The notes below the pieces were generated by a model, which was not told the DNA's origin, searched no databases, and was given only the letters and a program-made list of their open reading frames with translations. Below, in pieces: positions 29,266 through 39,440 of a DNA stretch of 64,000 nt. Location: the IMG/VR virus record IMGVR_UViG_3300020375_000001, positions 32,001 to 96,000 of that record. One strand, 5' to 3'. Position 1 is the first letter of the stretch. Every line of letters begins with the position of its first letter. The DNA is from a virus. Its lineage: Duplodnaviria > Caudoviricetes. The translations under genes were made by a program, and so were the position numbers.

Positions 29266-31434
29266 TTACTTACCCGGTTTATACGGTGAGTAGACAAACT
29301 CAACACCACCACACATCATCAAATGTTTCATGAGCTGTAGTGGGCGTGAATTGCCACGAGGTATTTTGTTACGGTCAACAACGCAATCAATGTCGGTTGG
29401 TTTATCCGCATTCATTATGCTAATGTTGATTGCTTCTGATGAATACAACGAGTTTGTTCTATCCAGCAGTTCCGCTACGGTATCTGGGTCCATAACTGCA
29501 GACATCAGACGTACCTCAGATTCACCCGCAAATCGAACGGGCGACTCACGATACGGATTTAAGTATTTATCCGCTCTACCTAATTGCACCACAATGCCAT
29601 GGTGCTGACGTTTAGCAATTGACGTCGTAGACCAGTCTTCACCAGTCTTATCCAGCAACATCATGTATTTGGTGTCAATGGCCACTGGGCGTTTCGTCGT
29701 AATCATTCGACCGGTATTACCACGATAGGTAACTGGCCCAACAATAGAACGATGATTCGCTTCAATATCCCTGACTTGCTGAATGCCAACGTTGGGGCTG
29801 TTGGGCGGTAGCATCAGCGTAATCGCTTCTTGGTCCGATAACTTCGGATTGAGAATTGACTGCACATGTTCGTCTTGCTTAGCCTTAGTATCAAGGTGCT
29901 TTAAGCAATACCAATACATATACGGCGACGCTGCTTTGTAGTACGCCATCAGTAGGTCAAAACCTTCTTCTAACGAACTTGCATTCCGCACTCGACGAGC
30001 ACATTGTGTACTTGCCTGGTTAGTCCATTGTTCAAATATCTGTCCGACGTTTGAACGCTTAATAACTGACAACGGGTCTTTAATTACGTCCGCACGAATA
30101 CCGCAAGCAGTGGTAGGCATATCTTCGTCTTCACGAATACCTACAATTACACCTTTGGTCCCATGTGTATCGGTAATCTTGTAACCGATAGTGGGAACCT
30201 TGCGATAGGCATATGTAATCTCGATATTGAAATCGTCCAAAGGCGCTTTGTTCTTAGTGCGAACTACACGGTCTTTAGAAGACTCTGGGAAGTTAGCCAA
30301 AGCTTTTACTACCCAGCCGTGGAACTCAGGGGTAATGTCTAAATTACCCTTACCACGCTTCTTGCTGTTATGCTGATACAGCTCAATGATTTTACGGAAG
30401 AACAAATCTTTGCTCCGCACGTATTTCATCATGTCATCTTCCATGCCAGTAGGCGTGGTACGATAACGCGCATTGTGGTCGGTCAGGACATCAACATCAA
30501 CAACCTTTGCACCGGGCTGGGCATAGATTGTTTTATCGAATTCAAAATCGACACGGTCGGCTAACAGATTACGTGGATGTAAATCTGAGATTGTCAGGTT
30601 AGGGTCCATTTGACGGAACGCCATAATCAAACCATCTTCACGAATTGTTTCACCGGGTCCTGGGAAAGGCTTGTAGTAATTTTCATCACCGTACAAGTTC
30701 AGTGGGAAATACTGCTTACCGCAAGATGCAGTACGCGTTCCCAACATAGTCGTTGCCAGTTTTTGCTGATAACTTCTGCTGATTTCAAAACCATCCTCAA
30801 TGATACCGGGCACGGTTAAATATGCCACGTTAGTTTCGATGCCGTATTTATAGTTACCCTGACGGTCTACACACGGCGAATCTTTTATCACGGTACCTTT
30901 GGCTATGGTTGCACCTTTAACTATCTTGCTGGCGTTCTCAGTATCTTTATACTTCCACCCAAGGCTAGTGTGCTGGAAGAAGTAATTCTCCAGTAAGATG
31001 CTGCCAATTTCTTTGGTCTCGAAATCCTCATAGACGACTAGCGTCGATGGGTTCTCTTGAATTGCTCCTTGAGATATCTGTTTGGCATATTTTGGGAACA
31101 CGCCAAGGATTGTTGCATTCACCGGAATGCGTTGGTTAAATGTATACTTACCAAACTCACGTTCGGTACCGGTTAAGTTACGACGAACAGTTACACCTTC
31201 AGTAACTAATCGTTGTTTAAGGTGCGAAGCTTGCATCTGTTGCCGAGATGCTGAGTTAACTGCCACCCAAGGATTTAAATTAGTAGGGGCACCTACCAAC
31301 TCGATATCCAATTCATTAACCAGACTGGCATTCCCCTGCTCGTCTAAGCGGACGAACTTTTCAGTCTGTAAGTCAATGTACATTGGCTCACCATCCATAT
31401 CGGTGATATGACGGTAACGGGTTTCATCAATCAT
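29266..31434 (-). CDS. Non-virion RNA polymerase beta C-terminal subunit (phiKZ gp71-73-like)
   Basis: ASRQQMQASHLKQ, IEDG, GYKITDTHGTKGVI, DPLSVIKRSNVGQIFE, RFAGESEV correspond to RpoB motifs. Confidence 0.88.
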   Translation of the reverse strand: MIDETRYRHITDMDGEPMYIDLQTEKFVRLDEQGNASLVNELDIELVGAPTNLNPWVAVNSASRQQMQASHLKQRLVTEGVTVRRNLTGTEREFGKYTFNQRIPVNATILGVFPKYAKQISQGAIQENPSTLVVYEDFETKEIGSILLENYFFQHTSLGWKYKDTENASKIVKGATIAKGTVIKDSPCVDRQGNYKYGIETNVAYLTVPGIIEDGFEISRSYQQKLATTMLGTRTASCGKQYFPLNLYGDENYYKPFPGPGETIREDGLIMAFRQMDPNLTISDLHPRNLLADRVDFEFDKTIYAQPGAKVVDVDVLTDHNARYRTTPTGMEDDMMKYVRSKDLFFRKIIELYQHNSKKRGKGNLDITPEFHGWVVKALANFPESSKDRVVRTKNKAPLDDFNIEITYAYRKVPTIGYKITDTHGTKGVIVGIREDEDMPTTACGIRADVIKDPLSVIKRSNVGQIFEQWTNQASTQCARRVRNASSLEEGFDLLMAYYKAASPYMYWYCLKHLDTKAKQDEHVQSILNPKLSDQEAITLMLPPNSPNVGIQQVRDIEANHRSIVGPVTYRGNTGRMITTKRPVAIDTKYMMLLDKTGEDWSTTSIAKRQHHGIVVQLGRADKYLNPYRESPVRFAGESEVRLMSAVMDPDTVAELLDRTNSLYSSEAINISIMNADKPTDIDCVVDRNKIPRGNSRPLQLMKHLMMCGGVEFVYSPYKPGK

Positions 31435-31475
31435 TCTCGTAGTATCCTTTTATTTTAATGAGAGTATGTCACCTA

Positions 31476-31493
31476 GATAATATATCTTTGAAA
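31476..31493 (-). promoter_or_regulatory. Early-type promoter TTTCAAAGATATATTATC
   Basis: Identical or near-identical core at 34870, 36477, 47917 and 60408, each upstream of a minus-strand gene. Confidence 0.7.
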
Positions 31494-31557
31494 TTTTATT
31501 CAATGGCAACATCTCTATTTTATGTTTAGTTTAGAGAAAGCTTCGGAGACCAGCCCC

Positions 31558-31893
31558 ATGGAACTAACCAAGTCAATGGCAAGTGCAGGTGCCGACATCT
31601 ATTACACCCCTGACTTCAGGAATGTTTTGGAAGACCATGTTACGTTACTACGAAACGATGCCAGCACAGAAGTGGTAGATGTTAAACCTAATGTGGCCTA
31701 TAAATTCGAACGCGATTTATTTGGCTACCTTGCAAGTATTAACGTACCACATCATCTACACTGGATTACCATGCGAGTGAATGGTTGGAAGAAGGACACA
31801 GAGTTCTTAAATCCTACTCGTCTGTTCATCCCTCACCAGTCCAGTGTGAATAAAATCAAACAAATGTATGAAGCATCTACTACAAAACAATAG
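31558..31893 (+). CDS. Possible T4 gp53/LysM-like baseplate protein
   Basis: DLFGYL...LHWITMRVNGW...LFIP pattern; TATG at 31521 upstream, GGAGA RBS before ATG 31558. Confidence 0.45.
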   Translation: MELTKSMASAGADIYYTPDFRNVLEDHVTLLRNDASTEVVDVKPNVAYKFERDLFGYLASINVPHHLHWITMRVNGWKKDTEFLNPTRLFIPHQSSVNKIKQMYEASTTKQ

Positions 31894-31921
31894 ATGGCTG
31901 AGTATTTTTTCACCGTAAATG

Positions 31922-31991
31922 CTGGGAAACCTTAGGTTTCTCAGTGTTTTATGCCGTCTAGACAAAAAAAATAAAGGGAGCCGAAGCTCCC
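31922..31991. terminator. Back-to-back terminators for convergent genes
   Basis: CTGGGAAACC-tta-GGTTTCTCAG + TTATGCCGTC (+); GGGAGC-cgaa-GCTCCC with A-run (minus-strand U-tract). Confidence 0.75.
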
Positions 31992-32006
31992 AATATTAGT
32001 TATTAC

Positions 32007-33320
32007 TTACCAACCACGGTTACCCCAATTACCTTGGTTACCAAATTGGTTACCGGTAGGGTATGGAGTAGACTGCCGCATTGGTTGTTGTGGTTGACCG
32101 CCCCAGCCAGTATTTTGCTGTTGAGGCTGTGCCCAGCCAGGTCCACCAGTATTACCAAATGTTTGTGGCTGTGAATACGGGGTGGATTGACGTGTGTGTT
32201 GTGGATTGTTTTGCTGCGGGTTAACCATATCCTGAAAGCGACGCTTGGTCGGTGCCGTTTCAGCAGGTGCTTCCTGTGCTGGTTTTTGCGCAAACGAAGT
32301 AGCTGGCTTAGGTGCACTCTGCGCCAACTTTTCAGTCAGCGTCATTTTACGACCTTCTTCCAGTACTTGTTCTTGCTTAGCAGACCAGTCCAGTTTCTTA
32401 GACTTACCAGCAGGCGCTGCAGGCATAGCAGGTGTTGGTGGTTCAACCTCCTCCACTTCGTTAGGGTCAACCGCCCCTTCATTACCACGCAGGTTGGGAA
32501 TCAGACCTTTATACGGGTCCAATTCTTTCACGTCATCTTCCCACGATACATCGATTAACAAATCATCGAAATCTTCGCCCCAGACTTTCTGGAACTTACG
32601 CAGGACAACGTTCAGACGCTTAGCCGTAGCAATGTAAGCATGAAGCAATGCGTGGAACGACGGAGCCACCATAGAGTTGCTACCGAAGCTGTACGCATGT
32701 TCATTGATATCCGGCAGAATAAAATCAAACATATCAAAGAATGGTTTGAAATCGGACTTACGGAATTTTACACCAAAGATAGTGCGGTCTTTGTTACTGG
32801 CTTCCATACGCAACGGTGAGTGTACCGTAGCAAGGCGATTGTATTTCTTATCACCCATTTCACCAGAACGCTTCACAAACAGACCGATAATCTTTTCAGC
32901 TTCTGCTGGGTTGATACGGTCAAGCAATGAATCCAATGACTTCACCGTCTTAGCGTCAAAGTCTGGTACCAGCTTCAGGTATTCCTTCTGCTTGATAGTC
33001 AGTGGCTTTTGACGTGCCGGGTCAGCTGCTAACTCACCCAGACCTTGGATAAGTGTTGCAGCAACGAAGTTCAGTTTGAATTGCATTTGGTTACGCAGTT
33101 CGAACAGTACAGCGGATTCACCACGCATTACGTTTTCAGACATTGGATGGAACGCAATATGGTTATCCCAGTCAGGGTTACGCAAAATCTTTTTGGTAGG
33201 CATTACCATTTGCTTACCAGCAATTTCTACCGGACCTTTAAATGCGGTAACAAATCCCTCGCTGTTTACATTCCAGCCAGCCGATTCAACGATAGCTGTA
33301 TATAGTTCTAATAAATCCAT
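32007..33320 (-). CDS. Conserved Chimalliviridae protein with long P/Q/G-rich disordered C-terminus (phiKZ gp70-like)
   Basis: 437 aa; C-terminal ~140 aa low complexity; sits between PicA-like and RNAP beta genes. Confidence 0.55.
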   Translation of the reverse strand: MDLLELYTAIVESAGWNVNSEGFVTAFKGPVEIAGKQMVMPTKKILRNPDWDNHIAFHPMSENVMRGESAVLFELRNQMQFKLNFVAATLIQGLGELAADPARQKPLTIKQKEYLKLVPDFDAKTVKSLDSLLDRINPAEAEKIIGLFVKRSGEMGDKKYNRLATVHSPLRMEASNKDRTIFGVKFRKSDFKPFFDMFDFILPDINEHAYSFGSNSMVAPSFHALLHAYIATAKRLNVVLRKFQKVWGEDFDDLLIDVSWEDDVKELDPYKGLIPNLRGNEGAVDPNEVEEVEPPTPAMPAAPAGKSKKLDWSAKQEQVLEEGRKMTLTEKLAQSAPKPATSFAQKPAQEAPAETAPTKRRFQDMVNPQQNNPQHTRQSTPYSQPQTFGNTGGPGWAQPQQQNTGWGGQPQQPMRQSTPYPTGNQFGNQGNWGNRGW

Positions 33321-33380
33321 TATGGACTCCCGTTTATTTAAGTCTTATTCGAATAGGGGAACCGAAGTTCCCCTGATTTG

Positions 33381-34814
33381 TTACCACTTACTTGAATCAG
33401 CCGAGCCAAAGACTTGGATGTTCGATGATTGTTCAGTAGCCATACCTACGGTGTTTGTCACCGCGTAGATATCTGAGGCCAGTGAACTCAGGTCGTTATT
33501 GTTGTTACCAATGATTGGTGCAGTCAGACCATCTGCGAAAGATGGAATTACATACGGTACCGGTGGCTCATTATTAACTTGGATAGAGATTTTGGTTTCA
33601 CCCAAGATATCTACTTCCATATCCAGTGTCACAATGAAGTTCCAGTTGTTGGTAACGTCGGGCATTACAATGTTTTCCAAACGGTCCAAGAATAACTGAA
33701 TATATCTATCCAGCGGAATGTCTTGAACAAAGCCCCGTGGTACATCTGTCAGGGTAGCGTGAGGCTGACCATTAACAGTGGCGTTTGTCGCGGAGAACTT
33801 TACCTTGGTCAGTAGACATTCCATTGCTAACGGCGGTACCGTATTGGATAGAATGGTGGCCATGATAGAAGTTACATCAGAACCTTTAAAGTGCTCTGTA
33901 TTCTCCGTATAGGCAGACGCCTGTTTAAGTGGTGGCGATAACTCAAAGTGCTGTGTTACGTGCAGTGTAGAGGGAGACAGGTCACACAACAGTCCGTAGG
34001 TAATATAACCTTCTTCAAAGTAGTTACCCTGGTCATCCCAGTTACGCAGTAGCGTATCGTCTACAATACTTGCTTCACGTACCTTGGTGGTCGCTTCATT
34101 GAAGATGTCCGCCTGATTGCCTTGCATGTGGTCGACATTGTTTTGTGCCGAATGCAAAGCTTTCATGGACTTAGCCAGATACTGGTTGTGGTTAGTATTA
34201 ACTCGCTCAGATTTACGAGCACCAGTAGAAGCTATTGCACGGAAGTCGTGCATCTTCACCTCTTCTTGCGGATAGAAGTTGGTTGCCTGCAGATTATTGA
34301 ATACGTCTTCAGGACGCATTACAACGCTCTGATTTTGGAAACCACCACCATGTACAATCAGGTCGTTAACAATGATGTGGTTTGATTCCCAAATCTGCCA
34401 CTGACCCATGCCCATCATGCGAAGTACGATAACATTATTAATGTACATCCGCATGTTCGGGTCAAGATGGTCACTGAACGGTGCTTTACCAACATGGTCC
34501 GTATAGCCAATGATGATTTTACGCGTTGGTATATTACCAACCATCAGCTCAATTTCCATGAAGAAGCGATAACGACGTTCGTTCCAACCCTGAGTAATGT
34601 TGATATCACGACCGGCTTCAGAAGACGGACGAAGGATAGTGGAAGCAACACCGGCTACTGAGTTAGCTGAGATATTACTACCATCTTGGGTCGCGTTTTT
34701 CAACAAGCTCACATTACGCGTATCGTCAATGTAAGTATTGTAAGGACGTGCCGCCTGTTGGTGGTACGAGCCGGTTTCAATAAACATCAACTTGGTTACG
34801 TTAAAATTTGACAT
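33381..34814 (-). CDS. picA: Probable phage-nucleus protein importer PicA/Imp1 (phiKZ gp69-like)
   Basis: Size and position immediately downstream of the gp68-like gene; assignment is by recalled synteny only. Confidence 0.5.
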   Translation of the reverse strand: MSNFNVTKLMFIETGSYHQQAARPYNTYIDDTRNVSLLKNATQDGSNISANSVAGVASTILRPSSEAGRDINITQGWNERRYRFFMEIELMVGNIPTRKIIIGYTDHVGKAPFSDHLDPNMRMYINNVIVLRMMGMGQWQIWESNHIIVNDLIVHGGGFQNQSVVMRPEDVFNNLQATNFYPQEEVKMHDFRAIASTGARKSERVNTNHNQYLAKSMKALHSAQNNVDHMQGNQADIFNEATTKVREASIVDDTLLRNWDDQGNYFEEGYITYGLLCDLSPSTLHVTQHFELSPPLKQASAYTENTEHFKGSDVTSIMATILSNTVPPLAMECLLTKVKFSATNATVNGQPHATLTDVPRGFVQDIPLDRYIQLFLDRLENIVMPDVTNNWNFIVTLDMEVDILGETKISIQVNNEPPVPYVIPSFADGLTAPIIGNNNNDLSSLASDIYAVTNTVGMATEQSSNIQVFGSADSSKW

Positions 34815-34897
34815 TCTTATCTTCCTTTTATTTTGCAATAAGATGCTTTCGGGTTATTTGATTCGTTACGATAATATATGGTTATTAATCGCACGAG

Positions 34898-36433
34898 TTA
34901 AGTTGACTTCGTTGTGTTCCCGTGGTCACCACGGTAGTGCTTGTCCAAATCCATCAAGAAACGTGCACACTCCGGACGGAAGTTGCTTGGGATAATCAAA
35001 GGAGTACCTTCAGCAGTTTCGTCTGTTTCTAATGGCGTGGGTAAGTTATTTTCAATATTAACTGAATTAACTTTATCCAACAGGTCATCAATCCAATCGT
35101 TACCGACGTTATTTTTCGACGTCAGTGGTTTACCGCTTGTGCGACGATAATGTGGATAGATTTCAGCCAGTATCTCCAAGTCCGCACGAGTTACGCGAGA
35201 CTTAGCATGTCCACTACCACCCAGTGAGATTTCACCTGGGTCGCGGGCTAAGAACTTCGCACTGCACAAAGCAGCAAGAACATCAAAACCACGAGTGTGT
35301 AAGATAGCTTGGCAGATACCTAGCAGATGACACATTGGTACATGAGTGATGTGGTATTGGGCAGAAGGTGCAATTACCTCTGAGACCATGTTACCGCAAA
35401 TCATGTAGTGTACTTCATTCACCACCAAGTTAGAGCGTACTAGGTTATCAATACAAGCCTTTACTAACTTGATATCGATGCCGGGTTGTAGTCGCTCTGC
35501 CATTGTTTCCCAGTGCCTGATGACGTAATGCTCAATGTCACGGGGTACACGTTTGGACAACTCTTGGCGGACACGGGTATTTTCCATGATAGACAAATTG
35601 TCTTCTTCACGGGCATTATCCGTAGGACGATGTTTATCACCTATGCGCTCGAATGATTTATCCATCTGGTCCATCTTGGATTTCAGATAGTTGTACATCT
35701 TACGCACAATGTGTTCAGTACCATCGTTAGGGTCAATCAGTAATACCTTACGAATCACCGCAAATGACAACAGCCACTCAGGTAACTCTTCAGTACTCAA
35801 TGAACCGTAAACTGCTGATGTAGTCTTACGGCTGTACGTAGAGTTGACGGTCACGTATACATTTAAACGCTCCCATTCAGGCCGCGCCATAATGCGTGGG
35901 TCTATCAAATCCATCGTACGGTACTCTTTATAAGCAGTACCAACATCTTTCGCTATCGCCGCCATATACTCACCAATAATTGGCAACAACGGCTTTAGCA
36001 CCATCCCCAAACGAACCAAGCCTTTATACTCGCTTCGAATGTAAGTTAGTTCACGAGGACCATCGTCTTCACTGTAGTGCTCATTAACTTCACCTGCACT
36101 AATGTCCAAGTGCATTTCTAGCCACCGGAACATTTTATCTACATCAATGGTGTCATACAGGCGAGCAATGTGTTGTTTTAGTTTTACAGTGAGCCGCTCA
36201 CGTGAACGTACGGAATCGAAGGACTCACGAATGTCATCGTAGGTCTCAAGTATTTCTTGCTGGTCTTCTTTACTCAAGGACGCTAAATAACGATTCAGTG
36301 GCCCCATGCTTCTTGCAGGGTCATTGACATTACTTCGGTCAAAGTTCTGTGTGTTGAATGAAATGGTCGTATCATCCAACTCTACTTTAACAGAAGTGAA
36401 TCTGTTGTTAGCAGGGTATATTTTTAATGGCAT
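34898..36433 (-). CDS. Non-virion RNAP sigma-like promoter-specificity subunit (phiKZ gp68-like)
   Basis: ~510 aa helical; early promoter at 36477; synteny with the nvRNAP block. Confidence 0.6.
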   Translation of the reverse strand: MPLKIYPANNRFTSVKVELDDTTISFNTQNFDRSNVNDPARSMGPLNRYLASLSKEDQQEILETYDDIRESFDSVRSRERLTVKLKQHIARLYDTIDVDKMFRWLEMHLDISAGEVNEHYSEDDGPRELTYIRSEYKGLVRLGMVLKPLLPIIGEYMAAIAKDVGTAYKEYRTMDLIDPRIMARPEWERLNVYVTVNSTYSRKTTSAVYGSLSTEELPEWLLSFAVIRKVLLIDPNDGTEHIVRKMYNYLKSKMDQMDKSFERIGDKHRPTDNAREEDNLSIMENTRVRQELSKRVPRDIEHYVIRHWETMAERLQPGIDIKLVKACIDNLVRSNLVVNEVHYMICGNMVSEVIAPSAQYHITHVPMCHLLGICQAILHTRGFDVLAALCSAKFLARDPGEISLGGSGHAKSRVTRADLEILAEIYPHYRRTSGKPLTSKNNVGNDWIDDLLDKVNSVNIENNLPTPLETDETAEGTPLIIPSNFRPECARFLMDLDKHYRGDHGNTTKST

Positions 36434-36499
36434 TCTGTTCTCCAATACTTTTATTTAACAGGTCCGTAGCACGTTTATAATATATCTTTGAAAATATTT

Positions 36500-36985
36500 T
36501 CAATTGCGCCCGCACCAATCTTTCAGAGATTCCAATCTACAGATTGACAGAGGTTCATGGTAACCAGATTCATCCTTTTCAATGGTGAAATAATCCAATT
36601 CAGTTAAGACGTTATTCCTTGCCCCGCCTACTACACCAATTAGATACTCCACTTCGTCATTAAGTTTGAACGTTGGTTTAAAACCTACTGCGCTACCAAC
36701 TAGAAATAGCTTACGCGTTTCGCCACAAGTCGCTATAGACAAGTTATCAACAAACACTATTGTGGTACCGGTGGGTGGTATTTGTCTTGATATGGCGCTC
36801 TCTGGAACATTTGTGATGTCTCTCACCTTAGAGTCAACCGCCGCTATAGCAAAAGTCGACCTATGTTTGATGTTACGTATCAACACGCCTACATCTTTAG
36901 GGTTTTCAAACTGACTTAGGTCTAAAAGTTTGATGTACCATTTCTTTAGTTCCTCACCAGTATTTATTGCGTTAAAACTGGACAC
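36500..36985 (-). CDS. Hypothetical protein
   Basis: 161-aa ORF (GTG start, GGGG RBS). Confidence 0.55.
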   Translation of the reverse strand: MSSFNAINTGEELKKWYIKLLDLSQFENPKDVGVLIRNIKHRSTFAIAAVDSKVRDITNVPESAISRQIPPTGTTIVFVDNLSIATCGETRKLFLVGSAVGFKPTFKLNDEVEYLIGVVGGARNNVLTELDYFTIEKDESGYHEPLSICRLESLKDWCGRN

Positions 36986-37028
36986 TTTGATTTCCCCTTA
37001 GATAAAAAAAGAAAAGGGGGAAACGCCC

Positions 37029-37370
37029 CTATTCTTGTTCCTTTTTGGAAGGAGTATCTACACTAGCCTCAAGAAGCATATCTTGCAGCGCATACAGTTT
37101 TTCCAACCGACTACGGAATTGGTTACAGGTGGCACTAGTTAAAGCACCCATTTCCGCTTTATGCAGTTGGTCACTAACTTGGTCAATGGCCTTTTGCACT
37201 GCGTTGATGGGATGCGTGGGTTCGCTAGCACGTAACAACTGAATAGCCATTAGGTTTGCTATATGGTTATCCACTTCATTGTTCTCACCCCACATCCGTC
37301 TTTCGCTGGAAGCCTGGTCAATTGCTACCTGTAGTTCCTTGTTTGACATACCCATTGACATTGTGCTCAC
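37029..37370 (-). CDS. Hypothetical helical protein with internal repeat
   Basis: LQVAIDQAS / VQKAIDQVS repeated halves. Confidence 0.6.
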   Translation of the reverse strand: MSTMSMGMSNKELQVAIDQASSERRMWGENNEVDNHIANLMAIQLLRASEPTHPINAVQKAIDQVSDQLHKAEMGALTSATCNQFRSRLEKLYALQDMLLEASVDTPSKKEQE

Positions 37371-37738
37371 CCCTTCTTCTTAAAGCGTGGGTTAGCCGGT
37401 ACGGGATAGATTGCTTGTACCTTAGGATACATTACATCCGCCCCATAGACTTCATATGCTTCATTACCAATTAACCCAGAGTGAACATGTTCAATGTTAC
37501 CCTGTTCATTAGTAAAGAATTCCCCATGTGGTAAAAAGCGTCGTTTAAAACGACCGTGCCATTCACCATTAAAGTTTTTGTTATCGTCCCCACTAGGGTA
37601 GGTCTGAGGACCACAGGCACTACATTTAGCAATGCCTAGGTCTTCAGGTTTATTCAATCTTTCATTGAACCTAGTGTGGAACCATCCGCAGGCTGTGTTT
37701 TCAGCACAGCCGCAGACTTGACACTGGAAGATTGACAT
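37367..37738 (-). CDS. Cys-rich putative zinc-binding protein
   Basis: CQVCGCAENTAC...CSAC. Confidence 0.6.
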   Translation of the reverse strand: MSIFQCQVCGCAENTACGWFHTRFNERLNKPEDLGIAKCSACGPQTYPSGDDNKNFNGEWHGRFKRRFLPHGEFFTNEQGNIEHVHSGLIGNEAYEVYGADVMYPKVQAIYPVPANPRFKKKG

Positions 37739-37747
37739 CGGACGTCC

Positions 37748-38482
37748 TTAGAAAGGCATGTCGTCGTCGTAATCGTTACCACCGCCACTATTACCACCGT
37801 TGCCGTTACCACCGCCATTATTGCCGTAGTTACCGCCACCGTTGTTGTTGTTGTAGCCACCGCCGTTACCGCCGCCACGGTTGTAGCCGCCACCGCCTTG
37901 ACCTTTAGGCTGTGGTTCTTTGTACGTGATTGCGCTAACGATAGCCAGCAGTTCACGAACCTGACCGAAGTAACCTTTAGCAAACAGGCGAGACTCAAGA
38001 CCTTTCTCAATTGGTTGGCCTTCAGCATCTGTTACTTTGTGGAAGAACGGAGACGTCATGTAGAAGATAGCCTTCGGACGTTCCTTCGCTACCAACGACA
38101 GGTAGATGCGACCATCTTCGGCTTTACCGATAACAGTCTTCGATACTTCTACCGGTGAGTCTGAACGCTTACCGCCAGGCCACAGATAGTTTTTGTTTGA
38201 GATGTAGAATCGGCATGGACCATCGTGTTTGATGACTTCGTCGGACAGAGCAATCAAAGCTTGTGCAGTACGAATGTCCATGGCAGCACGAATCAGACCA
38301 TTGTCTTTATCACCTTCAACACCAGTATAAACATCGATACGCGGGTTACCATCTTCAGTTAAGTAGAACAGTAACGTAGGCGCTGATTTAGCGTTGTCCA
38401 GCTTTTCACCATAGAGACGCATTTTAGCGTGGTCCAAGGCAGTCTTCTTACGCTGCTTACGGAAGTTTTGTTGATTACTCAT
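37748..38482 (-). CDS. chmC: Probable ChmC-like nucleic-acid-binding protein (phiKZ gp67-like)
   Basis: Beta-rich core plus G/N-rich disordered tail ending DDDMPF; host-optimal codons; position upstream of the gp68-like gene. Confidence 0.55.
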   Translation of the reverse strand: MSNQQNFRKQRKKTALDHAKMRLYGEKLDNAKSAPTLLFYLTEDGNPRIDVYTGVEGDKDNGLIRAAMDIRTAQALIALSDEVIKHDGPCRFYISNKNYLWPGGKRSDSPVEVSKTVIGKAEDGRIYLSLVAKERPKAIFYMTSPFFHKVTDAEGQPIEKGLESRLFAKGYFGQVRELLAIVSAITYKEPQPKGQGGGGYNRGGGNGGGYNNNNGGGNYGNNGGGNGNGGNSGGGNDYDDDMPF

Positions 38483-38623
38483 GGGAGCTTTTCCTTACGT
38501 GTGTCTTATCAATAAATAGAGGGGGTGAGTATTTTTTCACCTTATTCCCAACATTTGGTTAGTTAAAAGAAGTCAATGCGACTGCTATACAATCGCATGA
38601 GTGTGTAGTTTTTGACCAGAAAG

Positions 38624-39439
38624 TTATCTTGGTTTATTCCGCAACATATCCTTCAGCATCTGGGCACCTAACTTATCCGTCATTTTGTTTAAGTCAGATT
38701 CCACCTTGGCGTTGGTTGTGATGGGCGACCATTTATTCTTCTTCGCCAACTCAATCAGTTCCAATTTCAATTTACGGGGATACGCTGCAAAGTTCTCCCC
38801 ATCCCCAAATATCTGCAACGTCATCGCATTAAATGGCATAAGTCCACTATCCTTACCAGACAGTTTACTGTTCCAGTAAGTTTTTGGTTTAATTTTGCCA
38901 GTATGTGATTCTAAGAGTTTGCAAGATGGGAAACTGTAATTTGATAATAAATCGATTGGTTGGTGCGTCAGTAATAAAACGGGTCGGTCTTCGCCCTGTA
39001 ACTTAATGTCAAAGATTTTAATACTATCACTTGCAGAACCAAATACCTCAAGTAGTGTTTCGGTAGTCAGTTGCAGTTCATGCTTTTGTCGAGCGGTTGT
39101 ATAACCCTTAGGTATGGCCTTTGGGAAACATCGAGCAAAAGATTTCTTCTCGGTGACATAATATACGACACGACGAGTATCATGACTCGCCTGACGTGTT
39201 AAATCACTAAGTACGTGCATCTCTTCCAATATCACTGGTGCTAAATCCATTGGGGATATAGTCAGCTTATCTTCCGTAGACAAACAATTAAGACAGTTAC
39301 GAACGAGTGTCCGGACGTTAACCCAGATGTCTCCCTTTTCACCGTCTTCTTTTAATACGACTTCCTCGAAAGGAATAGCCGTGGGAATAGAGACCGGGAC
39401 TTGTTGCCCCAGTTCTCTGTTTTCGAGTGAGGCATTCAT
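38624..39439 (-). CDS. Conserved protein, possibly PIN/FEN-like nuclease fold
   Basis: WVNVRTLVRN, LLLTHQPIDLL, LLESHTG; downstream of the SbcD-like gene. Confidence 0.4.
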   Translation of the reverse strand: MNASLENRELGQQVPVSIPTAIPFEEVVLKEDGEKGDIWVNVRTLVRNCLNCLSTEDKLTISPMDLAPVILEEMHVLSDLTRQASHDTRRVVYYVTEKKSFARCFPKAIPKGYTTARQKHELQLTTETLLEVFGSASDSIKIFDIKLQGEDRPVLLLTHQPIDLLSNYSFPSCKLLESHTGKIKPKTYWNSKLSGKDSGLMPFNAMTLQIFGDGENFAAYPRKLKLELIELAKKNKWSPITTNAKVESDLNKMTDKLGAQMLKDMLRNKPR

Positions 39440-39440
39440 G

